DNA of 64,000 nucleotides from Candidatus Hydrothermarchaeum profundi (GCA_002011125.2 MTMF02000009.1:128001-192000), one strand, 5' to 3'; shown: positions 39,054 to 50,624, counted from the stretch's first letter. Translations and numbers: made by a program. The notes: a model not told the origin generated them from the letters alone.

Positions 39054-39707
39054 ATGGTATACGAACTCGATGAATCAAAGCTTAAAAATATTAAAAAAGA
39101 ATTCGAAAAGTTAAGAGAGGATGTGAAATTAATTCTTTTTACCGGTGATAAGGACTCCTGTATTAACTGTAAGGAAATTGAAGAAATGATAGAGCAAATC
39201 GCAGCTCTATCAGACAAAATAAAGATTGCTAAAGGGCTCACACTTAAGTCAGAAGAGGCTAAAAAATATAAGATTGATAAACACCCTGCAATTGTGATTG
39301 AGGGCTCCAAAGGAAAGATAAGATACTTCGGCATACCTATTGCAAAAGAATTTATGCCGTTCATATATACGCTCGTAGATGTTTCCTCCGGCACCCCTAA
39401 ACTAAGCCCTACAACTGTTAAGAGAATTTCAAAAGTAAAAACCCCAGTTCATCTAAAGGTATTTACAACTCCAACCTGCCCATATTGCCCTACCATGGTG
39501 CGACTGACCCAAAAACTTGCTATGATTAATGAGAATATAATAGCTGATATGATTGATGCCCTGGAATTCCCAGAGTTAGCCCAGAAGTACCAAGTATTTT
39601 CAGTGCCAAAGATTATAATAAACGATAAATTAAACATTGACGGGGTTCAGCCTGAACCGGTAATAGTCGATAAGATCATAGAATCTACGCACTTAATAGA
39701 ATATTAG
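39054..39707 (+). CDS. Protein disulfide oxidoreductase (two thioredoxin folds)
   Basis: CINC and CPYC, GIP, SVP. Confidence 0.88.
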   Translation: MVYELDESKLKNIKKEFEKLREDVKLILFTGDKDSCINCKEIEEMIEQIAALSDKIKIAKGLTLKSEEAKKYKIDKHPAIVIEGSKGKIRYFGIPIAKEFMPFIYTLVDVSSGTPKLSPTTVKRISKVKTPVHLKVFTTPTCPYCPTMVRLTQKLAMINENIIADMIDALEFPELAQKYQVFSVPKIIINDKLNIDGVQPEPVIVDKIIESTHLIEY

Positions 39708-39844
39708 AAAGATTTTAAAAATGAAAATCTAGCGATAAGTTGTATTATAGTTTGATTTATAATTATAATTTTAGATGATACGTTTAAAATTTATAGTAAA
39801 GTTTAAATATTAGTTCAATAAAGTTATGTGGTGGTGAAATAAAA

Positions 39845-40018
39845 TTGACCGTCTACAATGTAACCATATGGAAAGCAAAATGCCGTGTATGTGGTGAAAT
39901 CTTTTCTACTTGTCTAGAAGAAGAACTCAAACATTGTAATGAACCATGCGAAATAGCATTTGGTATTGAAAAAGAAATAGCTGTACCTAAGGTACCTTCC
40001 CGATTATTTCGTCCCTAA
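39845..40018 (+). CDS. Cys-rich microprotein (57 aa, not in ORF track)
   Basis: KCRVCGEIF..C..HCNEPC; SD GGTGGTGA. Confidence 0.45.
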   Translation: MTVYNVTIWKAKCRVCGEIFSTCLEEELKHCNEPCEIAFGIEKEIAVPKVPSRLFRP

Positions 40019-40964
40019 CGATTTCTAGAGACCTTTTTTTATTAGGACCTATAGGTGATCCTAATACTACTTGAGAAACACCAAGTTTCGAAATTTCTTC
40101 AATCCTCTGTAGGCAATCTGCTGGCGTTCCATAAATCGAGAAGCAATCCATCATCTGATCTGTGACAGATTCAAATGCTTTCTTAAATTTTCTTCTTTCG
40201 AGAAATTTCCTAATAGTTTCAGAATCTTCTTGAGATATATCATGCCTCTCTAATACAGCCTTGGGGGAACCTGCAACTATAAAGGCCACTATAGGCTCAG
40301 CTGCTCTTCTAGCTTTAATGGGATCAAAATCGACCGAAAAGCATGTGAAAGCAGATACATCGATTTCACCTCTATTACCTCTCCCTTTCTTTATCTGTTT
40401 TACCGCATATTCTAGGTCTCGCTTATGAGAGGCATTAACTAGAACTCCATCCCCTACACGACCAGCCATCTCAAGCATCTTAGGTCCTTGTGCACCTACA
40501 TATATTGGGATATCCCTATTAGCTTTGATATTTAAAGTAGCCCCTTGGATTTTAAAAATTTCACCATCAAAACTCACAGTTTCTCCTGCCAATAATCTTC
40601 TTATTATAGTAATGCTTTCTTCTACTGCGCTGACAGGGCTCTTCATCTCTATACCTAAGCAATTTAATGTAGCTCTGTCACCAGCCCCAATCCCTAGCAT
40701 AGCTCTTCCGCCTGAAACTCTATCAAGTGATAATAGTGCAGAAGCATTAAGGACCGGATTATATAAATAAGGATTTGTGACACCGGGACCTAGTAGAATC
40801 CTTTCAGTATAGTTTGCGATAGTAGTCAAAATTATATAAACGTCTTGATTGTTAAAGTGATGAGTCACCCAAATAGAATCAAAGCCAAACTTCTCTGCCA
40901 TTATGCCGTAACTTGCAATCTTCCAAAAATCCTCTCTAGGAACAAACTCAACTCCAAAGCGCAC
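39987..40964 (-). CDS. mer: F420-dependent methylene-H4MPT reductase
   Basis: FGVEFVP, HFNN, GPGVTNPY, GAQGPKML, GSPIGP. Confidence 0.88.
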   Translation of the reverse strand: MRFGVEFVPREDFWKIASYGIMAEKFGFDSIWVTHHFNNQDVYIILTTIANYTERILLGPGVTNPYLYNPVLNASALLSLDRVSGGRAMLGIGAGDRATLNCLGIEMKSPVSAVEESITIIRRLLAGETVSFDGEIFKIQGATLNIKANRDIPIYVGAQGPKMLEMAGRVGDGVLVNASHKRDLEYAVKQIKKGRGNRGEIDVSAFTCFSVDFDPIKARRAAEPIVAFIVAGSPKAVLERHDISQEDSETIRKFLERRKFKKAFESVTDQMMDCFSIYGTPADCLQRIEEISKLGVSQVVLGSPIGPNKKRSLEIVRDEIIGKVP

Positions 40965-41007
40965 TCTAACCTAACTCCAATCTAACATAATATCCGCTTT
41001 GCGGAAT

Positions 41008-41367
41008 TTAGAACGGAGCGGAAATGATTTTTCTAGTTTCAGAGACCTCTTCTATGGCTTCAATCGTTTTTTCAGGTTCGAGAATCATGCTAGCTTTAAT
41101 AAGTTGAGTTACTCCGAATTTAGAACCAAGCATATCATGAGCTTCAAGGTAAAGGATCGTTCTAGCGAGACGGCTATCCAATCTAGCTTCCGTCTTGGAA
41201 TCGAGAAGGATTCCTAGAAGTTTATCCGCAAAGGCCTTCTTTTCTTCTGGAGATAACCCTTCAGCTATCTCCTCACACATTTTATCGAGGTCTTTCTCAG
41301 TACGTATTTTTTCCAAATTTCTCACCCCCTCACCCACTAATAAGGGGTTATTCATATATTTGCACAA
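41008..41367 (-). CDS. Hypothetical protein (start possibly GTG 41325)
   Basis: Helical ORF, no recognised motif. Confidence 0.5.
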   Translation of the reverse strand: MCKYMNNPLLVGEGVRNLEKIRTEKDLDKMCEEIAEGLSPEEKKAFADKLLGILLDSKTEARLDSRLARTILYLEAHDMLGSKFGVTQLIKASMILEPEKTIEAIEEVSETRKIISAPF

Positions 41368-41620
41368 CTTTGTATTTATATTTTTTGGGTTCCCATAAAA
41401 CTTAGTCTGAGACCCCCCCTTTTCTAGACTTAATTTTGTCGATTTCCATCACTAATATTATTCCCAGCATTATACTCGCTAACGCCAAGTACATCGTTAG
41501 AAGCTCTTCACTCATAAATTTAGATTTATTTTGTATTTATTTATAATTTTTCTTTAAACTATTCTATCTAAAACCAAAAATATAATGAAATTAGGAGTTT
41601 TATTGTTTTTAAATGTTTAT

Positions 41621-42532
41621 TTATGTTTCTTTAATTTTTTCAGTTAAATATATTTTGTTTCTTCTTCCATGCGGCTCTTTTCTAATAACTCCTCTTTTCT
41701 CTAACTCGGATAATATTTTGCTCACTTTAGCTTTTGAAAATCCGGTTTTCTTTTGAATATCTCTTTGATCTATTCCATCCTCCTCTATTATTAAGTTCAT
41801 TATCTTCTGTTCATCTTCCTTCAAAATATCAATCTTAGATTTAGCCCCTCTTCGCCTTTCCTTTATACGAGTATACAGGGAGACTGCCCCTCCTGTTAAA
41901 ACTATCAAAGCCACTAGCCCGTAGATATACTTCTCTTTCCCAACCCACCATGGTAGAAATAGTCTTTCGTATAAAACTATAACTTTAAATCCTCGGTAAA
42001 AAGTCGGGATAGGCTCTCTCAAATCCCAGCTAAGTATATGTCTCCTTCCATCAGAGACTATTTTGGTTGGACCTGGACTAGCCTCAACTAAACCGAAGCC
42101 CTCAGGAAGAGTGAGAGTCATATCAAAATTTACAACACTTGCTAGGAGAGAATAGCTCTCAGTTAAGATATAAGTATTTTCTTTCCTAGTTATAGCGCCT
42201 TCTCTCGTAAATTTATAAATGATCGTGAAATTCTCAGCTATCGGCAATGGTTTTGAAAAAAATACGGTAACATATGTATTGCCCCCTCGATAAGCAGATG
42301 AAAAGTTAAGCATATCCCCCCTAGCATCATAAACTGAAAGGCCTATCAAACTACCTGGAAAAGGATATGTAAATTCAGTAAGATCCTTACTATATGTATT
42401 TAAAAAAGTGATTGAAATACTCTCATACAGCGTCATTTCTTCAATCGAAGCATCAACGCTGTAGGAAACTATCTGTTGCGCCAACACAGGGCTTGCAATA
42501 AAACACAATAGCAAGATTATGAATTTAATCAT
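41621..42532 (-). CDS. Membrane-anchored wHTH regulator
   Basis: Signal peptide, external domain, TM, GIDQ..TGFSKAKVSKILSELEKRG. Confidence 0.8.
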   Translation of the reverse strand: MIKFIILLLCFIASPVLAQQIVSYSVDASIEEMTLYESISITFLNTYSKDLTEFTYPFPGSLIGLSVYDARGDMLNFSSAYRGGNTYVTVFFSKPLPIAENFTIIYKFTREGAITRKENTYILTESYSLLASVVNFDMTLTLPEGFGLVEASPGPTKIVSDGRRHILSWDLREPIPTFYRGFKVIVLYERLFLPWWVGKEKYIYGLVALIVLTGGAVSLYTRIKERRRGAKSKIDILKEDEQKIMNLIIEEDGIDQRDIQKKTGFSKAKVSKILSELEKRGVIRKEPHGRRNKIYLTEKIKET

Positions 42533-42822
42533 TTCCCTACTAGTTTCTCCAATGCTTCTCTTCCTTTCATTCCCTTAAGAATTCCCAACTTCTCTGCCTC
42601 GGTTGTGACATCAGTTATCTCGCCATCAAGGATATCAACGAAATCAGAGACACCTTTTATCTTTGCAGCTACGTCTTTAAGCTTTTCAGCCGCCTTTATA
42701 TCCAAGTAGCCACACATTATAAAGCCCTTATCTCCTTTAATCATCAAGAAGGGGGCATTTGGGAGTTCAACTTTAATTCCCAAGGCTACACCATTCTTTA
42801 ATGAAATTTCTTTTATCTCCAC
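42529..42822 (-). CDS. YunC/DUF1805 family protein
   Basis: GFIMCGYLD..AAKIKGV..GMKGREAL. Confidence 0.85.
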   Translation of the reverse strand: MEIKEISLKNGVALGIKVELPNAPFLMIKGDKGFIMCGYLDIKAAEKLKDVAAKIKGVSDFVDILDGEITDVTTEAEKLGILKGMKGREALEKLVGK

Positions 42823-42893
42823 GTTATACTACCCCCGATAAAATTTTGCCCCCAAGTTTATATTTTTTCTGGTAGATTCATAAAATTGAGAGT

Positions 42894-44651
42894 ATGCGCT
42901 ACTTACTCATCTTTGTTATCTTGTTGTATTTATTAAGCGATGTAGAAGTCACTGCCGGCAGTATTATGATTGTTAGTTGTAACCAAGACGAAGACATAGC
43001 CAAACTACTCTCCGAGTCACTACAGGCGCCCTACCTCATTATAGAATGCGGTAAGTTCACTCAGGAAGTTAAAAATGAAATAAGAAAAATTAATCCAGAG
43101 AGGCTAATCATAATCGGAGGGCGGTTCGCAGTACCTTATGATGCCGAAAAATTAGGAATCCGCTATGAGAGAATCGGAGGTAAAAACAGGATTGAAACGG
43201 CTCAAAACGTTCTAAACAGGTTTTTCAACTTTAGTATCCAAGAATCGTACATACTCCCTTCGACATCTGAAGTTCAAAACTTTTTGATAAACTCAAAAGC
43301 TTCAAAACTCCATGTCTTTATAGGGAATTCTTCTGTAAGTCACCGATGGGGAGCATATTATACAAAGAGATTAGAAGATTACTTTCAAACCATTATATCT
43401 CATGAAGAAAGCTCGCTTAATAGACCTGCATTACTAATAGGAAATACGGAGAATAATGGAATAATCAAGAATTACTGGAATATAACAGGACTACCAGAAG
43501 CTGCCTCGATGCTACCCCTCGTATATTTGAAAGATGACATTTTATTTATAACTGGAACAGACCAAAATATATTTTTTAACCAAAGAGCCTTCGAAAAAAT
43601 AGAACCCCGCGAATATAATATAAGAGAGTTGCTAGTTTTTTTCATTTTACTTGTAGGAATCCTAGCCTTCCTAACTTTTTTCTTAAAACAATATGAAAAG
43701 ATGCTCATAAGCGGGATAATCTTAGGATTTACCCTGTTTTATCTTTACTATATCCCTCCAAAAGGACAGTTAATCTGGGATAGTCTTTATCTATATTTTG
43801 ACGGAGCTATTTCTCTTTTATTCAATGGAAAATATGAAACTATACTTACCGGACGAGGCTTACCTGGAACAAGTTTCCTGACATATCTTTATTTTCTACT
43901 TTCAGGCCCTAGTGATATCAACGCCAATCTTCTGATACTCCTCTTGTCCATTTTTATCCTTTCAGCCACTTATATAATAACCTACAGAATGTTTGGTAGA
44001 AAGGCCGCAATAACAGCTTTAATTCTTCTTCTCTCTAATCCTCTTTTCAATAAGCAAACCCTTCTATATTCCTCCGATATTCCATTTACAGCCCTAACCC
44101 TAGCCACCATTCTAACGATTATTTTTAAAAGTAAGTATTCACCCCTAGCTTCAGGCATTTTTTTGGGATTTTCAATGCTTATAAGGCCCTCGGCAGCTAT
44201 TTTAATTCCACTACTCTTATACCACTATAAATCAGTTAAAGAAAAAATATCATTGCTGATTTCAATCCCCTTATTTATAGTAGGCATTCAAACACTCGGA
44301 GGTGTCTCAGGCTATCTAACAGAACTAACAGTAAAATCACCTATTATAACTGCCTACACTCTGGATTATATAAAATCATTCTTTCAGGAAACCGGCATAT
44401 TGGCAGCGCCCCTTCTCCTAATTGGAATGTATAAATATAGGAACATTCTATCACAATATACCCTCCTTCACCTAGTAGCTCTTTTATTTTGGGTTACATA
44501 CGATACCCGATATATATTACCTATAATACCTTTTGCAGCAATGCTTCAGAGTTCTATTTTCTCCCTTACCAAAACAAAGTTTCTAATAGTGCTGGTAATA
44601 GCAACTATTATACTTAACATAGCCGGACTAAAAATTATCTTTTTATCTTAA
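42894..44651 (+). CDS. Cell-wall-binding-2-like domain fused to GT-C-type multi-TM glycosyltransferase
   Basis: IIGGRFAV..RIGGKNRIET; WDSLY, SDIPF, RYILP. Confidence 0.6.
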   Translation: MRYLLIFVILLYLLSDVEVTAGSIMIVSCNQDEDIAKLLSESLQAPYLIIECGKFTQEVKNEIRKINPERLIIIGGRFAVPYDAEKLGIRYERIGGKNRIETAQNVLNRFFNFSIQESYILPSTSEVQNFLINSKASKLHVFIGNSSVSHRWGAYYTKRLEDYFQTIISHEESSLNRPALLIGNTENNGIIKNYWNITGLPEAASMLPLVYLKDDILFITGTDQNIFFNQRAFEKIEPREYNIRELLVFFILLVGILAFLTFFLKQYEKMLISGIILGFTLFYLYYIPPKGQLIWDSLYLYFDGAISLLFNGKYETILTGRGLPGTSFLTYLYFLLSGPSDINANLLILLLSIFILSATYIITYRMFGRKAAITALILLLSNPLFNKQTLLYSSDIPFTALTLATILTIIFKSKYSPLASGIFLGFSMLIRPSAAILIPLLLYHYKSVKEKISLLISIPLFIVGIQTLGGVSGYLTELTVKSPIITAYTLDYIKSFFQETGILAAPLLLIGMYKYRNILSQYTLLHLVALLFWVTYDTRYILPIIPFAAMLQSSIFSLTKTKFLIVLVIATIILNIAGLKIIFLS

Positions 44652-44653
44652 AA

Positions 44654-45538
44654 CTACTCTAAAAGCTTCCTAAGATGAAAATGAACCTTCCCTAAAGTCC
44701 CGCCGTAATTGCCCGCCGTAATTTTTTTAACTCCATCAACTTCTGCGGCTGCCTTTATACCTTGCTTCATTGCTTCGCCTACTTTTTCCTCGGATATTCC
44801 ATCTATCACTATCTCTAATACTGCCCCAATTCCCTTAACTTTGCTGTCCTTTACTTTATCTGCGATAGTTGGACAGTATTTATCATTAGTAGACGCTATC
44901 ATAAACTTATATTTTGACCCGACTTTAGAGCCTGCTGCGCATACGCCTCCAGGGAATGGAGTTATAACCCCCTCTACTCCCTCTATAACACAAACAGCCT
45001 CCTCAGCTGCTCTTAGCGCAGATTTTTGATCTTTAGCTAGGATTATAAAATTACCGCCTGCAACGCCTTTAGCGATTCCAAGCTCTTTTTCAATAAGAAA
45101 ATCCCCCATCATAATGGGTATAGAAACCATCTCCCTACCCCCCACGCTCGTAGTGCTCTCATATCCGTCCCCAAAAAATCTCATCTTATATCCAACATCC
45201 AACTTCTCATCACTATCACAGTAATTGAAAACAGCTGCAGTCGGCGAAGTTAGTATGCATTGACCAATCCTTCCAATAAGTTCTTTAGTCATCTTTTTCT
45301 TAGATGCCCAAATCTGAATTACACAGCCAGGTCTACCGTCTGGAGTGCTCTCCGAGGGCAACATCCCCTCAATACCCGTCTCCGCAGAACATTCTATTAA
45401 AGAAGTTCCATAACCAACTGCCTCAGTAGCTGCGATTCTTGCCCATTTTTCATTTACAGCTGTTATCAAAATCCTAGAATAAAACCCAGTAAAAGCTTCC
45501 GCATACGTATCCTCAATCTCTACGCCATTTAATTTCAT
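44654..45538 (-). CDS. ftr: Formylmethanofuran:H4MPT formyltransferase
   Basis: IEDTYAEAF, TPDGRPG, GVAGGN, AGNYGG. Confidence 0.95.
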   Translation of the reverse strand: MKLNGVEIEDTYAEAFTGFYSRILITAVNEKWARIAATEAVGYGTSLIECSAETGIEGMLPSESTPDGRPGCVIQIWASKKKMTKELIGRIGQCILTSPTAAVFNYCDSDEKLDVGYKMRFFGDGYESTTSVGGREMVSIPIMMGDFLIEKELGIAKGVAGGNFIILAKDQKSALRAAEEAVCVIEGVEGVITPFPGGVCAAGSKVGSKYKFMIASTNDKYCPTIADKVKDSKVKGIGAVLEIVIDGISEEKVGEAMKQGIKAAAEVDGVKKITAGNYGGTLGKVHFHLRKLLE

Positions 45539-45562
45539 ACAGTAGAAGAAAATAGAAATACC

Positions 45563-46546
45563 TTAAAAAATCTTTCGTATGCCAAAAGTCTTTTCCCATC
45601 TTTCATCGACTTCAGCCTGTATTTTATTAATCAACTCATCGCTTAGATGCCTAAACCTCTTCTGCATCTTCAAATAATCCCTCACAGGCTTTTTAACTGT
45701 AGGCGTATAAGTTACCCTCATCTCTCCCTTCTCGACTTCATATAATAACCACATACCACAGTCTACCGCAAGACGAGCTACTTCAATACTTTTCTCCGAA
45801 GGAATACCCCACCCAGGAGTACATGGTGCAAGAACGTGAATATAAGCGGGCCCATCTATCGCTACAGCCTTTTTAACCTTCTCCATATAATCTAGAGGAA
45901 AAGCCACAGAGGCTGTCGCTACATAATCCACTCCATGAGCAACCATGATCGAAGGCATATCTTTCTTGGGTCTTTTATTTCCAAAAGATACCTTCCCAGC
46001 CGGAGAGGTTGTTGTTACCGCTCCAAAAGGCGTAGAACCGCTCCTCTGAATACCTGTATTCATATATGCCTCATTGTCATAGCAAATATAAGTCATATTA
46101 TGCCCCCTTTCCATAGCGCCACTAAGTGCTTGAAAACCTATATCAACGGTCCCCCCATCTCCACCAAAAGCTATGACATTAACCCCTTCCTTCTTCCCTA
46201 AAGCTTTCAAGGCAGCCTCAATACCACTTGCAACTGCTGCAGAGTTCTCGAATGCAACATGAATCCAAGGTATCTTCCACGCAGTTTGAGGATAGGGACT
46301 GGAGACTACTTCCATACATCCTGTGCACTGGGAAGCTACAGTATTAGCGCCGCTTGCTTTCAAAGCAAGCCGGAGAGCTATGGTGCCTCCACAGCCAGCG
46401 CAGGCTCTATGTCCGTAGGAAAACAGCTCCTCTTCGGATACTTCTTTTATATTCTGAGAAAACTTCCAACATCTATTGCTATACAAGTTTGCTCTGCAAA
46501 CGTGCCTACATTTTACATAAGCCGGGATATCTTCAACTATCTTCAT
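45563..46546 (-). CDS. porB: Pyruvate:ferredoxin oxidoreductase beta
   Basis: [19 protein letters not shown]. Confidence 0.9.
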   Translation of the reverse strand: MKIVEDIPAYVKCRHVCRANLYSNRCWKFSQNIKEVSEEELFSYGHRACAGCGGTIALRLALKASGANTVASQCTGCMEVVSSPYPQTAWKIPWIHVAFENSAAVASGIEAALKALGKKEGVNVIAFGGDGGTVDIGFQALSGAMERGHNMTYICYDNEAYMNTGIQRSGSTPFGAVTTTSPAGKVSFGNKRPKKDMPSIMVAHGVDYVATASVAFPLDYMEKVKKAVAIDGPAYIHVLAPCTPGWGIPSEKSIEVARLAVDCGMWLLYEVEKGEMRVTYTPTVKKPVRDYLKMQKRFRHLSDELINKIQAEVDERWEKTFGIRKIF

Positions 46547-47706
46547 TCTTTCAACCCAATCCAATGCACTTCGTCAATATCTTCTTTAATCGCTTTTTTA
46601 CAGATTGAAATAATTTCCCTCACATTGTCCATAGAAATATCTCTGCCACCTAATCCTCCTACAAAGCCTAATAATTTAGGCCTATAGCTAGAGGGATACA
46701 GTGAAGCCTTAATCTCTGAGAAGAGCGCGCCTTCCCCAAGTCCTATAACTATATCTTTCTCTAATACGCCAACTACTTTAGCGTCCTTTAAAGCTTTTAA
46801 GACCTCTTCTTTTGGGAAAGGTCTGAAGACCCTAATCTTCAAGAGCCCCACTTTTTCATCTAAAGAATCGATTACCTCTTTAATCGTGCCTGCCACAGAG
46901 CCCATAGTAACAAGTAAAACTTCTGCATCGTCCGTATTGTACTCCTCAACAATGCCATAGCTCCTACCGGTAAGCTCGCCAAATTCTTCATCAACCCTCC
47001 TTATTACCTCAAAAGCCCTTTTCATAGCTTTTTCCTGCTCTATTCGGAATTCCATATAAGTTTCAGGATCTGCAAAAGCGCCTTGAGTCATAGGGTCAGA
47101 AGGGTCAAGATAAACCTGTGGCTCGTAAGGAGGTAAAAACTTCTCTACTTCTTCTTTATCTGGGATCTCTACTGGCTCAATTGTATGGGTTAGAACGAAT
47201 CCATCTAAGTTTACCATGACCGGAAGTAAGATATTTTTATCTTCAGCAATCTTATAGGCCTGCACAGTAGTATCCAACGCCTCCTGATTTGTCTCTACGT
47301 ACAATTGAATCCAACCAGTATCCCTCTCGGATATTGAGTCCTGCTGATCATTCCAAATGTTAATAGGGGCTGATAAGGCTCTATTGGCGTTAGCCATTAC
47401 GATAGGAAGCCTCATACCAGAGGCTATGAAAAGTACTTCATGCATTAGGGCCAGGCCTTGAGAAGAGGTAGCTGTAAAAACCCGGGCCCCGGTAGCACTA
47501 GCGCCAATACATGCACTCATCGCCGAATGCTCTGATTCAACCATTATATACTCCGCATTTAGTTCACCGTTTGCTATAAGTTCCGCTAGGTCTTCTACTA
47601 TATGCGTCTGAGGGGTAATAGGATATGCAGCAATAACTTGGACATCGCAAAGCCTTGCAGCTTCCGCAACACATCTACTTCCGTGGAGAACATCTCTAAC
47701 AGGCAT
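46543..47706 (-). CDS. porA: Pyruvate:ferredoxin oxidoreductase alpha
   Basis: [21 protein letters not shown]. Confidence 0.92.
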   Translation of the reverse strand: MPVRDVLHGSRCVAEAARLCDVQVIAAYPITPQTHIVEDLAELIANGELNAEYIMVESEHSAMSACIGASATGARVFTATSSQGLALMHEVLFIASGMRLPIVMANANRALSAPINIWNDQQDSISERDTGWIQLYVETNQEALDTTVQAYKIAEDKNILLPVMVNLDGFVLTHTIEPVEIPDKEEVEKFLPPYEPQVYLDPSDPMTQGAFADPETYMEFRIEQEKAMKRAFEVIRRVDEEFGELTGRSYGIVEEYNTDDAEVLLVTMGSVAGTIKEVIDSLDEKVGLLKIRVFRPFPKEEVLKALKDAKVVGVLEKDIVIGLGEGALFSEIKASLYPSSYRPKLLGFVGGLGGRDISMDNVREIISICKKAIKEDIDEVHWIGLKE

Positions 47707-47963
47707 TACTTCTCCTCCAATACCATTTTTATAGCCTCTGTAGGGCATTCATTTGCACAGATACCACACCCCTTACAATAATCATAATTGAAGCTGTACT
47801 CTCCATCTTTTCTTATTACAGACATATCAGGACAAAATATCCAACAACTTCCACAGTCTATACACTTCTCCATATCAATTACAGGCTTAAAAGTCCTCCA
47901 TCCACCTGTTTTAAGGTTCTTTGTACTGCCAATATCTTTTACATGCCCGCCAATAGGTCTCAT
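47706..47963 (-). CDS. porD: Pyruvate:ferredoxin oxidoreductase delta
   Basis: TGGWR, two CxxCxxCxxxCP. Confidence 0.92.
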   Translation of the reverse strand: MRPIGGHVKDIGSTKNLKTGGWRTFKPVIDMEKCIDCGSCWIFCPDMSVIRKDGEYSFNYDYCKGCGICANECPTEAIKMVLEEK

Positions 47964-48505
47964 ACCGACCCTCCAGCAACTTCATAAGCTACCTCTACAG
48001 CTTTAGAATTCTTAGTAGCTAGTTTTTCAGGGAACCTCTTAACTACGGCTCTTTTTAATGAATCTAAGGTTACCTCCCCCGTAATCGCTGCAAATGCACC
48101 AAGCATAGCTGTATTCACTATTGGAACCCCCAGCACATCTAAAGCTATCTTAGTTGCATTTATCGTGTAAACCTCCGCACTAGTATTCAGATTAATTTCG
48201 CCAGGCTTCTTCTCTGTGTTGACTATAGCTTTCCCATTATTGCTCAGACCTTCTGCTACATTTATAACTTCTAATAAAGTAGGGTCTTGAACTACGATGT
48301 AATCCGGCTTATATATTTGGTTCCTTCTTCTTATAAAGTGGTCATCTATTCTTGCGAAAGCGGTTACTGGCGCGCCTCTTCTTTCAACGCCAAAAAAAGG
48401 GAATGCCTGTGAATACTTTCCATCATAAAATGCAGCTATTGCTAGTATTTCCGCCGCAGTAACTGCTCCTTGACCACCTCGTCCGTGAAACCTTATTTCT
48501 TTCAT
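47960..48505 (-). CDS. porC: Pyruvate:ferredoxin oxidoreductase gamma
   Basis: [16 protein letters not shown]. Confidence 0.92.
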   Translation of the reverse strand: MKEIRFHGRGGQGAVTAAEILAIAAFYDGKYSQAFPFFGVERRGAPVTAFARIDDHFIRRRNQIYKPDYIVVQDPTLLEVINVAEGLSNNGKAIVNTEKKPGEINLNTSAEVYTINATKIALDVLGVPIVNTAMLGAFAAITGEVTLDSLKRAVVKRFPEKLATKNSKAVEVAYEVAGGSV

Positions 48506-49632
48506 TCTTTATACCTCAGTTTCGGAATTGATGTTGAGTGAGAATAAATTGTTCCACTATGTCTCTTTAAATCATTGGCTACCGTTGAAACATAAGGAGT
48601 TGGTTTCCAAGGCTCAGGTCCCTTCCCAACAGAAATTACTTCGTCTATAATCCCTTTATCCAATGCGTATGTTAACAAAGCCGTAACCACACCGCCATCC
48701 TGGCCTTTTTCATGTATATGCGTATCCGCGGCCCTTGCAGCATAGATATTTAAACACTTACCAATTCCTTGAACTAATTTTGTTCCATTAAAAATCATCT
48801 CCTCAAACAGAAGCTGAGGGAGAGATGTTCTGGGACAAGCAAGATAACATTCAAAACATTTTTCTTTTGAACACTCATTAGATAACTCGGGTCTTTGGTC
48901 AATTACTTTTACGCAATGATCAGGACATACCGCTTCACATGCACCACAGGATATACATGCACCAGCATCAATTACATCACGCTCCAAAGCGAAGAAGTCT
49001 TTGCCCTCCGCCGCTTTTTTTATCTTCTCCAAGTTTTTTTCTCCTAATGTCTTAATATGAAGCGGCGTTATTCCTATTTTGTTTCTCCGATTGGCCTCGG
49101 CGAGATTCTCTTTTTTCTTCTCATCAGCGATTTTTCTGATTAGAGATACCCCTGGCTTGACTTCCTCGATAGGCTTCAACTCGATATATCCCTCTTTCGC
49201 AGCCTTATCAACTAACTCTTGTCCTTTTTTAGATCTAGTTATCACAGTACTCCATTTCGGGGGGGTTCCAACGGCTCCAATCGAAACATCCGCTAACTCC
49301 GCAGTAAAATCTATACAAACCTGACAGCCTATCCTGACATATGGCTTAGATTTCTCTAACGGAATTTCTCTCTTTTCTCCATTTATGTAGGCAATTATGT
49401 TTTTCTTTTTAATATCAAATTTATCCACATCATTGAGCTTAACACCGAAATCGTCCTCTACAAGAGCTCTAAAACATGTATACGCCCAGTTTTCTCTGCA
49501 GAATAAGCCGATTTGTAGATTTAGATTTTTTTTCCACTCTTGATCTACTAATGCTTCGATTTTTCTTAGAGCTTCTATATCACAGGGGAGTCCTACGAAA
49601 GCAGTTTTCATTTGATCTACCTCGATTGTCAT
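48502..49632 (-). CDS. FrhB/FpoF-family F420-binding protein, circularly permuted
   Basis: Order VGLPC/IGLFC/C..C.DF (FrhB C-domain), then 2x[4Fe-4S], then GQDGGVVT (FrhB N-domain). Confidence 0.8.
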   Translation of the reverse strand: MTIEVDQMKTAFVGLPCDIEALRKIEALVDQEWKKNLNLQIGLFCRENWAYTCFRALVEDDFGVKLNDVDKFDIKKKNIIAYINGEKREIPLEKSKPYVRIGCQVCIDFTAELADVSIGAVGTPPKWSTVITRSKKGQELVDKAAKEGYIELKPIEEVKPGVSLIRKIADEKKKENLAEANRRNKIGITPLHIKTLGEKNLEKIKKAAEGKDFFALERDVIDAGACISCGACEAVCPDHCVKVIDQRPELSNECSKEKCFECYLACPRTSLPQLLFEEMIFNGTKLVQGIGKCLNIYAARAADTHIHEKGQDGGVVTALLTYALDKGIIDEVISVGKGPEPWKPTPYVSTVANDLKRHSGTIYSHSTSIPKLRYKE

Positions 49633-49662
49633 AATTGATAATGCTAATTTATAAAAAGATTT

Positions 49663-50622
49663 CTAAAAATCTACTTCAATGCCCAGAAAGTCTCTTCTAC
49701 CTCTTAAAATATCCCTTGCAATTTCAGCGCTACCCATCGCAGCAGCATAGCCATTAATTCTATAAACTGGAGCAAACTTACTTAAAGTCTCTTTCAAAGG
49801 AATAAAAACCGAATCTTTGAATCCTGCAGAACCCGTTATAACAAATGCGTCCGGTGCTACCTCAGAAAGAAACCCAAATATCTCCATTTTTACGCTCATA
49901 ATTAATGATTTCAAACTTAATTCAGCTCTGCCTTCCCCTCTTAAGATTTCATTTGGCGATAATCGTGAAATTTTAATAGCCCCAGAAGAATAAAAAGCTT
50001 CATTCGCCGTTATCTCGCCGTTATCAATTCTTCTTATTGCCTCAAGATCCAAAGGCCCATGCTCAAGACCTATAGCCCCTATACATGCATCCATAGCCCC
50101 AAAAAAACGTCCATCTTTTATAACAATAGTTACTGTGTTAGAACTAATATCCGAAATAATCAAGTTCCTAGCATCTAAGTCCTTATTCGCCCTTAAATAT
50201 GCATGATAACTTAAACTTACTTTCTCAGAACTGGCACAATGCGAGTAAAGAGCCCGAAATCTCTCATCTAACACTTCTAACCCTCTATGTAACCCAGGAA
50301 TAACTACCGCCCTGAGACCTGAATTAGCTATTTCATCATATACCCTCGTGCCACCACCTATGTATTTTCCAACTTTCTTTTCAAGAACCCCCCGATTCTT
50401 AACCTTCCGAATATCAGTTATTTTAGTTATAGCGTCCCCCATCGAATATGTTATCCCAACTAATTCTATATCTTTTAAAGAGAAATGCTTCTCGATTTCT
50501 TTTAAAATAGAAACATTAAGAACCTCTTCTCTACGAAGTTCAAACATTATATTGTCTGGTATAATGCAAAATCTTACTGCTTGCGTACCATGATCCACGC
50601 CTAGTGTGGCTAATACATTCAC
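49663..50622 (-). CDS. Methanogenesis marker protein 12-like (UPF0285)
   Basis: GVDHGT, YSMGD, PGLHR, SDISSNT, GPLDLE. Confidence 0.8.
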   Translation of the reverse strand: MNVLATLGVDHGTQAVRFCIIPDNIMFELRREEVLNVSILKEIEKHFSLKDIELVGITYSMGDAITKITDIRKVKNRGVLEKKVGKYIGGGTRVYDEIANSGLRAVVIPGLHRGLEVLDERFRALYSHCASSEKVSLSYHAYLRANKDLDARNLIISDISSNTVTIVIKDGRFFGAMDACIGAIGLEHGPLDLEAIRRIDNGEITANEAFYSSGAIKISRLSPNEILRGEGRAELSLKSLIMSVKMEIFGFLSEVAPDAFVITGSAGFKDSVFIPLKETLSKFAPVYRINGYAAAMGSAEIARDILRGRRDFLGIEVDF

Positions 50623-50624
50623 CC

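Noticed and set aside
41368-41515. Phase-variable G7 tract (41413-41419) fusing a 37-aa TM ORF to 41008-41367
   Set aside because: The fusion is formally possible, but the linker is AT-rich with a TATA-like element and the downstream ORF has its own SD/GTG, so two separate genes is simpler
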